NCBI GenBank assembly: GCA_964406955.1 | Contig: CAYOTP010000002.1 | Span: 369 to 64,368 of the forward strand | Reading direction: 5' to 3' | Source of the DNA: an uncultured Thermoplasmatales archaeon | Lineage (GTDB): Archaea; Thermoplasmatota; E2; DHVEG-1 | DNA: 64,000 nt | In this document: piece by piece, positions 1-9,058 of the stretch | Layout of the letters: every line of letters starts with the position of its first letter | Numbering within the stretch: position 1 is the stretch's first letter | Notes under the pieces: generated by a model | Databases searched by the model: none | The model's input: the letters and a program-made list of their open reading frames with translations, nothing else | Told to the model about the DNA's origin: nothing | Made by a program: the position numbers and the translations under genes

Positions 1-181
1 AGATAACAACAATATTGAGATTCAAACGTTATGAAAAAACAAGTTGACCATATACCAAGTTAAACTTTGAAAAAATATGGTTTTTTGTTCATAAACATTT
101 AAAGGTTGAATTTATTACCCTATCAATAAAAATCACAGATTTACAAAAAAAATCAAATCATTAATAGGATGTGTAAAAACC

Positions 182-1531
182 ATGGATCCAGTTTGTCCAC
201 TTGATTATCGATATGGAAGAAAAGAAATTAAAGATATCTTCGGAGAGGAACAACGATTACAGTATTTACTAACTGTTGAAGCAGCACTTGCTCGAGCTCA
301 TGCAAAAATTGGCAATATTCCAAAAGACGCAGCAGAGGAAATATCTAAAAAGGCGACCACGAAAAATGTAAAAGTTTCTCGAGTTAATGAGATTGAAAAA
401 GAAACAAAACATGACATTATGGCAGTAACTAAAGCATTGGCTGAAGTTTGCAGTGGTGATGCTGGAAAATACGTCCATCTTGGCGCTACAAGTTATGACA
501 TTGTCGACACGGCAAATGCATTGCAATTTGTTGAAGCGATATCCATTCTTTCAAAACAATTAAAAAAGCTTCGTTCAGCTCTAGTGAAAGGTGCAAAAAA
601 ACATCGGAAAACAGTCATGCTTGGAAGAACCCACGGCCAACATACAATCCCTATAACATTTGGATTGAAAATGGCAAGATATGCTATGGAAATTGATCGG
701 CATTTGGAACGAATGCATGAACTGAAAAGCCGGTTGTTCATTGGAAAACTGTCTGGAGCAGTAGGAACTGGTGCTGCTCTTGGAGAACATGCATTGGAGC
801 TGCAACAGATCATGTTAACTGACCTAAAATTGGGTATTGAGGATGTTTCCACGCAAATCGTATGCCGAGATCGTTACAATGAGCTTTTGGGGGTTCTCTG
901 TAACATTGCAACCAGTATGGAAAAATTTGCCACAGAGATTAGGAACTTACAACGTGATGAAATCGCTGAGGTTGCTGAAGCGTTTGATGTTAAAAAACAA
1001 GTTGGTTCTTCAACGATGCCCCATAAACGAAATCCAATAACTAGTGAACAAGTTTCGGGACTCTCCCGATTGGTTCGGAGTTTTTTAACCACCGGATTTG
1101 AAAACGCGATTCAATGGCATGAAAGAGATTTATGTAATTCGTCAAGTGAACGATTCATTATTCCCCATTCATTGATTCTCACAGATTGGATTGTTTATAA
1201 GATGACTGATGTGTTCACTCATTTGAAAGTGTTTCCAGACCGTATGAAGGAAAATATGAAGATTTCAAAAGGTCTTCCAATGGCTGAATCATTGATGACC
1301 AAACTTATCTCTTGTGGGATGGGCCGGGGAGATGCTCATGAAATCATGCGGAAAACATCACTTAAAGCAGCAAGAGAAAATAGTACCTTAAAGGAAGCAT
1401 TCATGAAAGAAAACAAAGAAAAACAGTTGCTTTCTGAAAAAGAGATTGATTATGCGCTAAACCCTGAGAACTATCTAGGTGCCACTGATCAAATCATTGA
1501 ACGAGTGATAAAAAAATTAGAACGAAAATAA
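182..1531 (+). CDS. purB: adenylosuccinate lyase
   Basis: 449 aa; fumarate-lyase signature SSTMPHKRNP; full-length similarity to PurB. Confidence 0.9.
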   Translation: MDPVCPLDYRYGRKEIKDIFGEEQRLQYLLTVEAALARAHAKIGNIPKDAAEEISKKATTKNVKVSRVNEIEKETKHDIMAVTKALAEVCSGDAGKYVHLGATSYDIVDTANALQFVEAISILSKQLKKLRSALVKGAKKHRKTVMLGRTHGQHTIPITFGLKMARYAMEIDRHLERMHELKSRLFIGKLSGAVGTGAALGEHALELQQIMLTDLKLGIEDVSTQIVCRDRYNELLGVLCNIATSMEKFATEIRNLQRDEIAEVAEAFDVKKQVGSSTMPHKRNPITSEQVSGLSRLVRSFLTTGFENAIQWHERDLCNSSSERFIIPHSLILTDWIVYKMTDVFTHLKVFPDRMKENMKISKGLPMAESLMTKLISCGMGRGDAHEIMRKTSLKAARENSTLKEAFMKENKEKQLLSEKEIDYALNPENYLGATDQIIERVIKKLERK

Positions 1532-1562
1532 ACTTTAAAAAAATGTAAAATGGATTGATAAT

Positions 1563-2606
1563 ATGGATAAACTAGAATTGATTTTAGCTCATACCGATGA
1601 AGTAGTTACAAAGGAGGAATTAGCTGAAGTTGTGCAAAAAGAGAGACCAAAAGCATATATTGGTTTTGAGCCATCTGGAACCGTTCATCTTGGATGGAAG
1701 ATTTGTACGAATAAAATAAAGGATTTTGTCGCTGCAGGTTTTGATTTTACTGTTCTTCTTGCTGATTGGCATGCATACATTAATGATAAACTCAGTGGTG
1801 ATATTGAAGCCATTAAACTATGTGGACGATACATGGAAGATTGTTTTGCTGCGATGGGTGTTGATACTGAAAAAATAAAGTTCGTATATGCAAGTGATTA
1901 TGTAGGTGATCCGAAGTACTGGGAGATGGTGTTGAAAACAGCGAAAGCAGTTTCTGTTGCTAGGGTTAAACGAGCAATGGATATCATGGGTCGCGGTGCT
2001 GAAGAGGCTGAAAAGGATCTCTCCAAATTATTTTATCCTGCCATGCAAGTTGCTGATATTTTTTACCTTGATTTGGATGTTGCATATGGTGGAATGGATC
2101 AACGACATGCCCATATGCTTGCTCGGGACGTAGCTAAAAAAATCAATAAAAAACCTGCAGTTTCCCTACATACACCTCTTCTCACAGGTCTTCAAGCAGG
2201 CGGAAGGATGGATCCTCTCGAGGCAAAGATGAGTAAAAGTAAACCAGATTCGATGATCTCCATTCATGATACACCTGATGAAGTAAATCGTAAATTAAAA
2301 AAAGCGTATTGCCCAGAGAAGCAAGTGGAGGGGAATCCGGTTCTTGAAATGTGTAAGTTTGTAATATTTCCCGAATTGAAGGAAAACAGTTTTGTGATAA
2401 ATAGACCTGAAAAATGGGGTGGAAATCTAGAATTTGACTCCTATGACGAATTGGAGCAAGCGTTCATGAAAGACCTCCACCCACTTGATTTGAAAAATGC
2501 AGCTGCAAAATATTTAAATCAGATCCTTGAGCCAATTCATGGGTATTTTGAAAAGCATCCGGAGAATTATCTTAAAATGAAAGAATCTGGTATAATTACT
2601 AGATAA
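1563..2606 (+). CDS. tyrS: tyrosyl-tRNA synthetase, archaeal type
   Basis: HLGW (HIGH-like) and KMSKS motifs; blocks AYIGFEPSG, LLADWHAY, GGMDQRHAHMLAR, KKAYCP, RPEKWGG nearly identical to M. jannaschii TyrRS. Confidence 0.9.
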   Translation: MDKLELILAHTDEVVTKEELAEVVQKERPKAYIGFEPSGTVHLGWKICTNKIKDFVAAGFDFTVLLADWHAYINDKLSGDIEAIKLCGRYMEDCFAAMGVDTEKIKFVYASDYVGDPKYWEMVLKTAKAVSVARVKRAMDIMGRGAEEAEKDLSKLFYPAMQVADIFYLDLDVAYGGMDQRHAHMLARDVAKKINKKPAVSLHTPLLTGLQAGGRMDPLEAKMSKSKPDSMISIHDTPDEVNRKLKKAYCPEKQVEGNPVLEMCKFVIFPELKENSFVINRPEKWGGNLEFDSYDELEQAFMKDLHPLDLKNAAAKYLNQILEPIHGYFEKHPENYLKMKESGIITR

Positions 2607-2623
2607 TTCATTTTTTCCCTTGT

Positions 2624-3265
2624 TTATAGTTCTTTCTTTTTGATCCTATGGACCTCAATGGTTTCATCCCCAAAGGATTGCTCTGCGATAGTGGTACTTA
2701 CAAGGTTATTTTCTCTTAAAGTTTGGTTGAATTGTGCCCTTGGTGACTTTGTACTAAAAATGCAAAAAGCACAACCATCATCTTTTAGATAATTTGGCAA
2801 TTTGTTAAGAAATTCGTTTGTTATCTTCAATCCAGATGGTCCTCCAGAAACTGCTTTATCAAACCATCCGCTTCCACCAACATATTCATCAGTTGACGTT
2901 GGAAGGTATGGTGGATTGAAAATTATGAGATCAAAAAAGGTATTTTTATTGACCACTTCAAATAGGTTGCCACTGCGTATATCGATTGATCCTGTTAAAA
3001 ATGATTTATTTTTTGACGTGTTTTTTTTAACAAGTTCAATTGCATATGGATTAATGTCCGAACAAACAACCTCTGCACCGTTTAATGCACAAAAAAGTGC
3101 AATGATTCCCGTTCCAGTGCCAATTTCAAGAACAGTATCGTTGGAGCAGACATCAATTTTTTTTAATAACAAAAACGTGTCTTCAGCCGGTTCATACACT
3201 TCAGGATGAAGATGAATCGTTAATGATTGGTAATGGAAACACGCTTCTGAAGGCATTAAATCCAA
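2624..3265 (-). CDS. HemK/Mtq2-family N5-glutamine methyltransferase (release-factor methylase-like)
   Basis: 213 aa; SAM-binding GTGTG motif; catalytic NPPY motif (IIFNPPYLP); YEPAEDTFLL N-terminal block typical of HemK family. Confidence 0.75.
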   Translation of the reverse strand: MDLMPSEACFHYQSLTIHLHPEVYEPAEDTFLLLKKIDVCSNDTVLEIGTGTGIIALFCALNGAEVVCSDINPYAIELVKKNTSKNKSFLTGSIDIRSGNLFEVVNKNTFFDLIIFNPPYLPTSTDEYVGGSGWFDKAVSGGPSGLKITNEFLNKLPNYLKDDGCAFCIFSTKSPRAQFNQTLRENNLVSTTIAEQSFGDETIEVHRIKKKEL

Positions 3266-3268
3266 ACC

Positions 3269-3544
3269 TCAATATTCATTCATAAGGTATTTATGAAGCC
3301 AGCTTTTCTCACAAACAACATTTGCCCAACCAGCCTCCGCTCCAGATTTAATAATAAAAATCATATCTTCAGGGGAAATAATTTTTTTTAATTTATCTCT
3401 AATATCTGTTGCCTCTTCATCTGTGACCACTGCCCATACGTTCTTACCGATTTGTGCATGAATCTGATACGTATGAATGATTTTTTCGATCTTTTGGGTA
3501 GTATCTATCGTTTTTGAATCATAAGTTATGATAAAACAAGTCAT
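3269..3544 (-). CDS. hypothetical small protein, possible Cas2-like ferredoxin fold
   Basis: 91 aa; N-terminal hhhhTYD strand followed by GKNVWAV and ISPEDMIFII, resembling the Cas2/VapD pattern (vlvYD...QNSVFEC...DSVRIY); no Cys4 so not Trm112; co-directional and 4 nt from the Mtq2-like gene. Confidence 0.4.
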   Translation of the reverse strand: MTCFIITYDSKTIDTTQKIEKIIHTYQIHAQIGKNVWAVVTDEEATDIRDKLKKIISPEDMIFIIKSGAEAGWANVVCEKSWLHKYLMNEY

Positions 3545-3730
3545 TTTTCTTTTCTCCTTTCTTCCATGATTTTGTTTTCTTACAGAAGAGAACAGTTACA
3601 CAGTAATGAAGCTTTAATAAAAAAGATTGTTGTTATTTACCGTATTAATCAAAGGATTCTTTACTTGCTCTCAACCATTCTTTCATGTCATAAGTATAAA
3701 AACGGTGATTACGTTCTGGTAGGATAGCTT

Positions 3731-5080
3731 ATGAAAAAAACCTTTAAACATTCACTGTACTATCAAAGATCATGTTCATATTTCATCTTTATGAGCACAT
3801 TTTTTCGATGGTATCGATTTCTTCAAAAATCCCAGTATTATAGCTGTGAAGAAAAAAAGCGATATCAAACAAAAAAATTTAGAGAGATTATTCAACATGC
3901 TTATAGAACTGTGCCCTATTATCACATGTTATTTAAGAAGTATGATCTTAGGCCAGAGGATATTAAAAAACTTTCAGATTTAAGAAAAATACCGATTCTG
4001 ACTAGAGAAATTGTTCAAAAAAATGTAGATTTACTAAAATCAAAGAATTATCCATCTGCGGCTTTTAAAAGAACAATGACTGGTGGAACCACTGGATCAC
4101 CTCTTGAATTTTATGTGGAAAAAGCTCGATGGCTTGGATTACATTTTGCCTTCAATAAAATATATATGAACAGAGCAGCGTATCGATGGAGTGATAGAGT
4201 TGTTTCTTTTACGGGCTGCACCCAGAAATCCATATATCATCCCGTTCTTAGAACCCTTGAGTTGAGCTCATTTCATACATCTAAAGAAGATTTTGCATAT
4301 TATTATCAGCAGATCAATAAATTCAAACCACGGTTCATTACCGCGTATCCTTCCGCAATAACGCTATTTTCCCAATATTTGAATCAGCAAAGCAAACAAC
4401 TATCTTCACCATTAAAAGCAGTTTTTCTCCATGGTGAAACGTTATTTGATTGGCAAAGAACGCTACTAGAACAAACATATGATTGTTCAGTGTTTGATCA
4501 ATATGGCCATCGTGAACAATGCGTACTTGCAGCGACATGTAAAAAAAGTAATCAGTATCATATCTTTCCAGAATACGGAATCGTTGAAGTTCTTGATTCA
4601 ACTGGCGAACCATTAGATGAAATGGGGAAAAAAGGAGAGATTATTGCTACTAGTCTTCATAACATGGTTTTTCCATTTATTCGTTATAGAACCGGAGATA
4701 TTGGGATAATTGGAAAGAATAATTGTAGTTGTGGGCGACCCTATCAATTGTTAGAAAAAATCATTGGCCGTACTCAAGAGTTTTTGATTTCTAAAAATCA
4801 TGATAAAATCCCTGCCACCGGACTTTATCATGTCATCGGAGAACAGAGTCATCATGTGAAAGAATGTCAACTGTATCAGGATACTGAGGGAAAGATCATC
4901 ATTTTTGTGGTGAAAGATGATAATTTCTGTATTGATGATGAAAAACGGTTGCTACTAGGATTCTCCAAGCGATTTGATGACTTGTTCTCTTTTCAACTTC
5001 GTTATGTTGATGAAATCACTCGGACTAAACTAGGAAAATATCAGTATGTTGTACAAAAAACTCCTAATATTTCAGTTTAG
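3731..5080 (+). CDS. PaaK/CapK-like adenylate-forming enzyme (phenylacetate-CoA ligase / coenzyme F390 synthetase family)
   Basis: 449 aa; AMP-binding P-loop TGGTTGSPLEF; paralog of ORF 29277-30683; true start may be downstream of the first ATG. Confidence 0.75.
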   Translation: MKKTFKHSLYYQRSCSYFIFMSTFFRWYRFLQKSQYYSCEEKKRYQTKKFREIIQHAYRTVPYYHMLFKKYDLRPEDIKKLSDLRKIPILTREIVQKNVDLLKSKNYPSAAFKRTMTGGTTGSPLEFYVEKARWLGLHFAFNKIYMNRAAYRWSDRVVSFTGCTQKSIYHPVLRTLELSSFHTSKEDFAYYYQQINKFKPRFITAYPSAITLFSQYLNQQSKQLSSPLKAVFLHGETLFDWQRTLLEQTYDCSVFDQYGHREQCVLAATCKKSNQYHIFPEYGIVEVLDSTGEPLDEMGKKGEIIATSLHNMVFPFIRYRTGDIGIIGKNNCSCGRPYQLLEKIIGRTQEFLISKNHDKIPATGLYHVIGEQSHHVKECQLYQDTEGKIIIFVVKDDNFCIDDEKRLLLGFSKRFDDLFSFQLRYVDEITRTKLGKYQYVVQKTPNISV

Positions 5081-5104
5081 AAGTATTTTATTGTGTTGTA
5101 TCAT

Positions 5105-5450
5105 GATGAGTGACCTCCGCCCCTAGCTTTTGCAAGGGGTTTCCAGCGTTCCACCGGACTTTCTCGTCCCTCACGGGAGCGATGCTTCACCTGTGTTTGT
5201 GGCTTACGGAAGCGTTACCAAGGTTCCTGCGAGTCCTCCAAACCTAGTTCAAGGGAATTTTCATTTTACTTTCGGCTGTTTGTCGCAGATTACCGAGATA
5301 GGTACCTCAGGTAGCCCAGTCACAATCGACTCGGTTTGCATATCCGATCCGAGTCAGGCATTGATGTGTGTATGGTGCTAGATAGTAAATAGTTTACGGA
5401 GTGAACGCCTCTCCTCCCCTCCCTTTCAAAAGGGGACTTCCCACACTATA
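5105..5450. ncRNA. GC-rich structured RNA, unclassified (candidate RNase P RNA; SRP RNA less likely)
   Basis: about 340-nt island of around 55-60 percent GC in an AT-rich genome, with many short complementary G/C runs; minus strand contains GAGAAAGUCCGG and GGGAAGUCC (P4-like motif) and GGUAACGC/GGUGAAGC; the only ORF here (5130-5381) is low-complexity and has no homologs I recognise. Confidence 0.55.
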
Positions 5451-5633
5451 AGTTAAAATTTTACTATTGCTTTTGCAATCTGTGAAAAAAGTTTTTATTA
5501 ATAGATTGTGGATTGATTATTTTCTAGTTACCACATTCATTATATTTAAAAACAAAAATATAGTTAATTATAAATAGTATTAATGTGATATACACATATA
5601 TAGACGTACTAATACGTATAAAGGTGTGTCACT

Positions 5634-5873
5634 ATGAATAATGGAAAAACAATAGGAATGACCTTATTTATCGGAGGAATTGTTCTCCTCATTTTATATG
5701 GCATCATTCTTGGATTCGAAGAGATTATAATGGCAATTGATTTCATATCAGGGCTACTCATTGGTGTGATACTCATCGGTTTTTTGACGCTTATCATATC
5801 AATCTATATTGAACAAAAGAATGATACAAAAAAAACAATGGAAAAAATCAAAAAGGAGGATTTAGAACCATGA
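5634..5873 (+). CDS. small membrane protein (2 TM)
   Basis: 79 aa; two hydrophobic helices; stop overlaps the start of the downstream YbjQ-family gene (ATGA). Confidence 0.5.
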   Translation: MNNGKTIGMTLFIGGIVLLILYGIILGFEEIIMAIDFISGLLIGVILIGFLTLIISIYIEQKNDTKKTMEKIKKEDLEP

Positions 5874-6184
5874 TCACAGTCAATACTGATTTTGTTACAG
5901 GAAAAGAAATCAAAGAAACACTTGGCCTAGTGAGAGGAAATAATATTCAAGCGAAAAGTATTGGAAAAGACATCAAAGCAGGATTTCGCCATATGGCTGG
6001 AGGAGAAATCAGAGAATATACTGAAATGTTAGCTGAGTCAAGAGAAGTGGCGTTAAAACGAATGGAGGAAAAAGCGGAAAAAATAGGGGCAGATGCAATC
6101 ATCAACGTCCGATTCATGACATCAGCGATAATGGGTGGGGCAGCTGAAATCCTTGCTTATGGAACAGCAGTCAAACTAAAATGA
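5870..6184 (+). CDS. YbjQ/UPF0145 family protein (putative heavy-metal-binding domain)
   Basis: 104 aa; canonical UPF0145 blocks GAD(A)IINVRF and AYGTAVKL. Confidence 0.8.
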   Translation: MITVNTDFVTGKEIKETLGLVRGNNIQAKSIGKDIKAGFRHMAGGEIREYTEMLAESREVALKRMEEKAEKIGADAIINVRFMTSAIMGGAAEILAYGTAVKLK

Positions 6185-6306
6185 ACCTCCATATATTCCA
6201 TTAAATCATTTGGATGATTACACTTATTAAAAAAATGAAAAAAACCGCATTTGAATAGCCTGTTGGAAATACATTAAACCCCCGCCCCCTCTCCTTTTAA
6301 AAAAGA

Positions 6307-7695
6307 TTGAAAAAAGTGAAAATCATGAAAAAACAGATCATTGTTACATTCTTGATTCTCAGTTTATTATTAACAGCATTCAGTGGATGCACCGAACAAA
6401 AGAAGCAAGAAAAAGATAGTACACCACCTGAAGAAATATCGCTAGGCATAAAAGCACAATATTTTGTTGAAAATTTGTCCAATGAAAATTATGATTCGGT
6501 TTTTTATCACTTCACTGCTGAAATGAAATCCGTACTCCCCCTTACCGATTTACAATATGCATGGGAATCCCTCATAATGAGGTATGGAGATCTCGAAGAG
6601 ATCATAACAACGAGAAAAACGGTTGAACAAGGCTACGAAGTGGTCCTTGTGACATGCTCATTTTCAATTCTAGGTGTGTTGGATCTTCGATTTGTATTTG
6701 ATGAGCAGAGTCGAGTAGCCGGATTCCAATTTGTTCCAACTCAATCAACAGAGAAATATACAATCCCAGATTATGTTAACTTGTCAAAATTCGTAGAGGA
6801 AGATATCACCATTGGATCTCATCCATGGGTTCTTCCCGCAACAGTAAGCATCCCAACTGGAGATGAACCATTTCCTGCAGTTGTCCTTGTACATGGATCG
6901 GGACCAAATGATCGAAATGAAACAATTGGACCAAACCAACCATTCAAAGATATTGCCCAAGGTCTTGCATCACAGGGAATCCTTGTACTTAGATACGATA
7001 AAAGAACGATGATATATCCTGAAGAATGCGGATCTTTAACAAATTTTACTCTCAAAGATGAAGTAATCGATGATGCACTTTCAGCAATTACTTATCTACA
7101 AAACAACAAAAATGTAAATCAGTCCCATATCTATCTGTTGGGGCATAGTCTTGGAGCAATGATGGCACCAGAAATCGCTAGACAAAAAACCGTGGTTAAC
7201 GGAATGGTTCTCCTTGCTGCACCAGCAAGATCATTTGAAGATCTATATTTGGCACAATATACATATTTAGCAGAGCTAGACGGAACTATCGATGAAAATG
7301 AACAAAAAATGCTTAAAGACATTGCAACATCTGTTCAAAAAATTAAGGATCTAAACATAAGTACCGATGAATCCGTGTTTAATTTACCATTTAGCTACTG
7401 GGAATATCTATCTACCTATGATGCTATTGAAACCTCAAATAATCTAAGAATATCCATATTAATTCTCCAAGGAAAACGAGATTATCAAGTGACTTATAAA
7501 AATGATTTCCGTATTTGGCAAGAAACATTTCACAACTCAACAATGGTTACATTGAAAGATTACAATACATTAAATCATCTTTTTATCAGTGGAACAGGAA
7601 CCCCAACAAACACAGAATACCTTGATCCTGGAAACGTGGATGAACAAGCAATAATCGATATCGCATCGTGGATAAAAGAGCAAAAATTTAATTAA
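6307..7695 (+). CDS. secreted lipoprotein, alpha/beta hydrolase (dienelactone hydrolase/BAAT-like) with N-terminal accessory domain
   Basis: signal peptide plus lipobox LTAFSGC; HGSGPNDRNE and GHSLGA (GxSxG nucleophile elbow); start may be at the MKKQ 18 nt downstream. Confidence 0.75.
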   Translation: MKKVKIMKKQIIVTFLILSLLLTAFSGCTEQKKQEKDSTPPEEISLGIKAQYFVENLSNENYDSVFYHFTAEMKSVLPLTDLQYAWESLIMRYGDLEEIITTRKTVEQGYEVVLVTCSFSILGVLDLRFVFDEQSRVAGFQFVPTQSTEKYTIPDYVNLSKFVEEDITIGSHPWVLPATVSIPTGDEPFPAVVLVHGSGPNDRNETIGPNQPFKDIAQGLASQGILVLRYDKRTMIYPEECGSLTNFTLKDEVIDDALSAITYLQNNKNVNQSHIYLLGHSLGAMMAPEIARQKTVVNGMVLLAAPARSFEDLYLAQYTYLAELDGTIDENEQKMLKDIATSVQKIKDLNISTDESVFNLPFSYWEYLSTYDAIETSNNLRISILILQGKRDYQVTYKNDFRIWQETFHNSTMVTLKDYNTLNHLFISGTGTPTNTEYLDPGNVDEQAIIDIASWIKEQKFN

Positions 7696-7698
7696 TGG

Positions 7699-7926
7699 AT
7701 GAATAATTTTATGAAAAAAGTTACGATAACATTGGATGAAGAAGTTTGGAAATGGTGGAAGAAAAACCCCTGGATCAATCTTTCACAACTTGCAGAAAGA
7801 GAACTGAAACGTATCCGTGCGTTGGAAGAACGTGTCCTTGGGACCTGCCCTCACTGCGGAAGTGAGCGCCTCAAATTTAATGGAAAAACATATCACTGTG
7901 CAAAATGTGGTTTCATGTATAAATGA
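7699..7926 (+). CDS. small RHH-like plus zinc-ribbon protein
   Basis: 75 aa; N-terminal VTITLDEEVWKW resembles a ribbon-helix-helix strand; C-terminal CPHCGS...CAKCG zinc ribbon. Confidence 0.5.
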   Translation: MNNFMKKVTITLDEEVWKWWKKNPWINLSQLAERELKRIRALEERVLGTCPHCGSERLKFNGKTYHCAKCGFMYK

Positions 7927-7999
7927 ACCTATAAGGCCCATCCTGTCAAAAATGAATATAAATAGGACCAAAAAATCCATGAAAAGGAGTTTGATTAAG

Positions 8000-8314
8000 A
8001 TGATGGTGACAACAACAGAGCATTTACCTGGAAGAGAAATAAAAGAAGTTCTTGGCATCGTATTTGGCAGTTGCGTACAAACAAAACATTTGGGTAAAGA
8101 CATTGGTGCTGGACTTCGCACCTTAATAGGGGGCGAAGCAAAAGGATATACTGAACTTATGGAAGAAGCCCGTCGAACTGCAATGAAAAGAATGCTAACG
8201 GATGCAGAACAATACGGTACAGACGCCATCATTGGTATGCGTTATGCAACCGCACAGACGATGCGTGGTGCCGCTGAGATCATTGCCTTTGGCACTGCGG
8301 TAAAAACATTTTAA
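8000..8314 (+). CDS. YbjQ/UPF0145 family protein, second paralog
   Basis: ORF track gives 7817 but a GGAG RBS (7984-7987) precedes the in-frame ATG at 8000; resulting 104 aa aligns end-to-end with ORF 5870-6184. Confidence 0.75.
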   Translation: MMVTTTEHLPGREIKEVLGIVFGSCVQTKHLGKDIGAGLRTLIGGEAKGYTELMEEARRTAMKRMLTDAEQYGTDAIIGMRYATAQTMRGAAEIIAFGTAVKTF

Positions 8315-8344
8315 AAAAATGAAGAAATCTAATGGGGAATAATC

Positions 8345-9058
8345 ATGTCAACTGTTGAAGTTAAAAATCTTATGAAGACCTTTGGATCAATTCAAGCAGT
8401 GAACAAGATTTCATTTTCAATCAATGAAGGAGATATTTTTGGTTTGATCGGACCGAATGGAGCTGGAAAAACAACAACATTACGGGTACTTTCAACACTA
8501 CTTCAGCCTACAGATGGAAGGGTAAACCTATTTGGTATGGACGTTGAAAAAAACCCTGAGAAGATAAGAAAACAAATTAGTTACCTCCCTGAGGATGCAG
8601 GTGCATATAAGAATTTGACAGGGAGACAATATCTTGAATTCATTGCTCATTTTTTTAATGCAAAAACTTCAGAACAAATGATTGAGCTAGGAATAACTAT
8701 TGCTAATCTAGGCAATCGAATTGATGATAAAGTGGACACATACAGTAAAGGAATGAAAAGACGGTTATTGGTAGGAAGAGCATTAATGAGCTCGCCAAAA
8801 CTAGCGATTCTAGATGAGCCGACAAGTGGACTTGATGTACGAAATGCTCAAGAAATCAGATCCATTATCAAATCAAGTGCCAAACAAGGAACAATGGTTC
8901 TTTTATCATCCCATAACATGCTTGAAGTTGAATATCTTTGTGATCGTATCGCCCTTATTGCCAACGGAAGAATCATAGAGGAAGGAAAACCAAAAGAATT
9001 GAAAACTAAATATAATGCTGAAAACATCGAAGATGTGTTTATGAAGGTGGTCAAATGA
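8345..9058 (+). CDS. ABC transporter ATP-binding protein
   Basis: Walker A GPNGAGKTT, ABC signature YSKGMKRRL, Walker B ILDEPTSGLD. Confidence 0.9.
   Translation: MSTVEVKNLMKTFGSIQAVNKISFSINEGDIFGLIGPNGAGKTTTLRVLSTLLQPTDGRVNLFGMDVEKNPEKIRKQISYLPEDAGAYKNLTGRQYLEFIAHFFNAKTSEQMIELGITIANLGNRIDDKVDTYSKGMKRRLLVGRALMSSPKLAILDEPTSGLDVRNAQEIRSIIKSSAKQGTMVLLSSHNMLEVEYLCDRIALIANGRIIEEGKPKELKTKYNAENIEDVFMKVVK

Noticed and set aside
5130-5381. 83-aa plus-strand ORF inside the GC-rich island
   Set aside because: Low-complexity Pro/Ser/Val-rich translation with no start context. The region is far better explained as a structured RNA.
7783-8232. 149-aa minus-strand ORF
   Set aside because: It is antisense to the well-supported zinc-ribbon and YbjQ genes, and its translation is Cys/Ser-rich shadow-ORF type.
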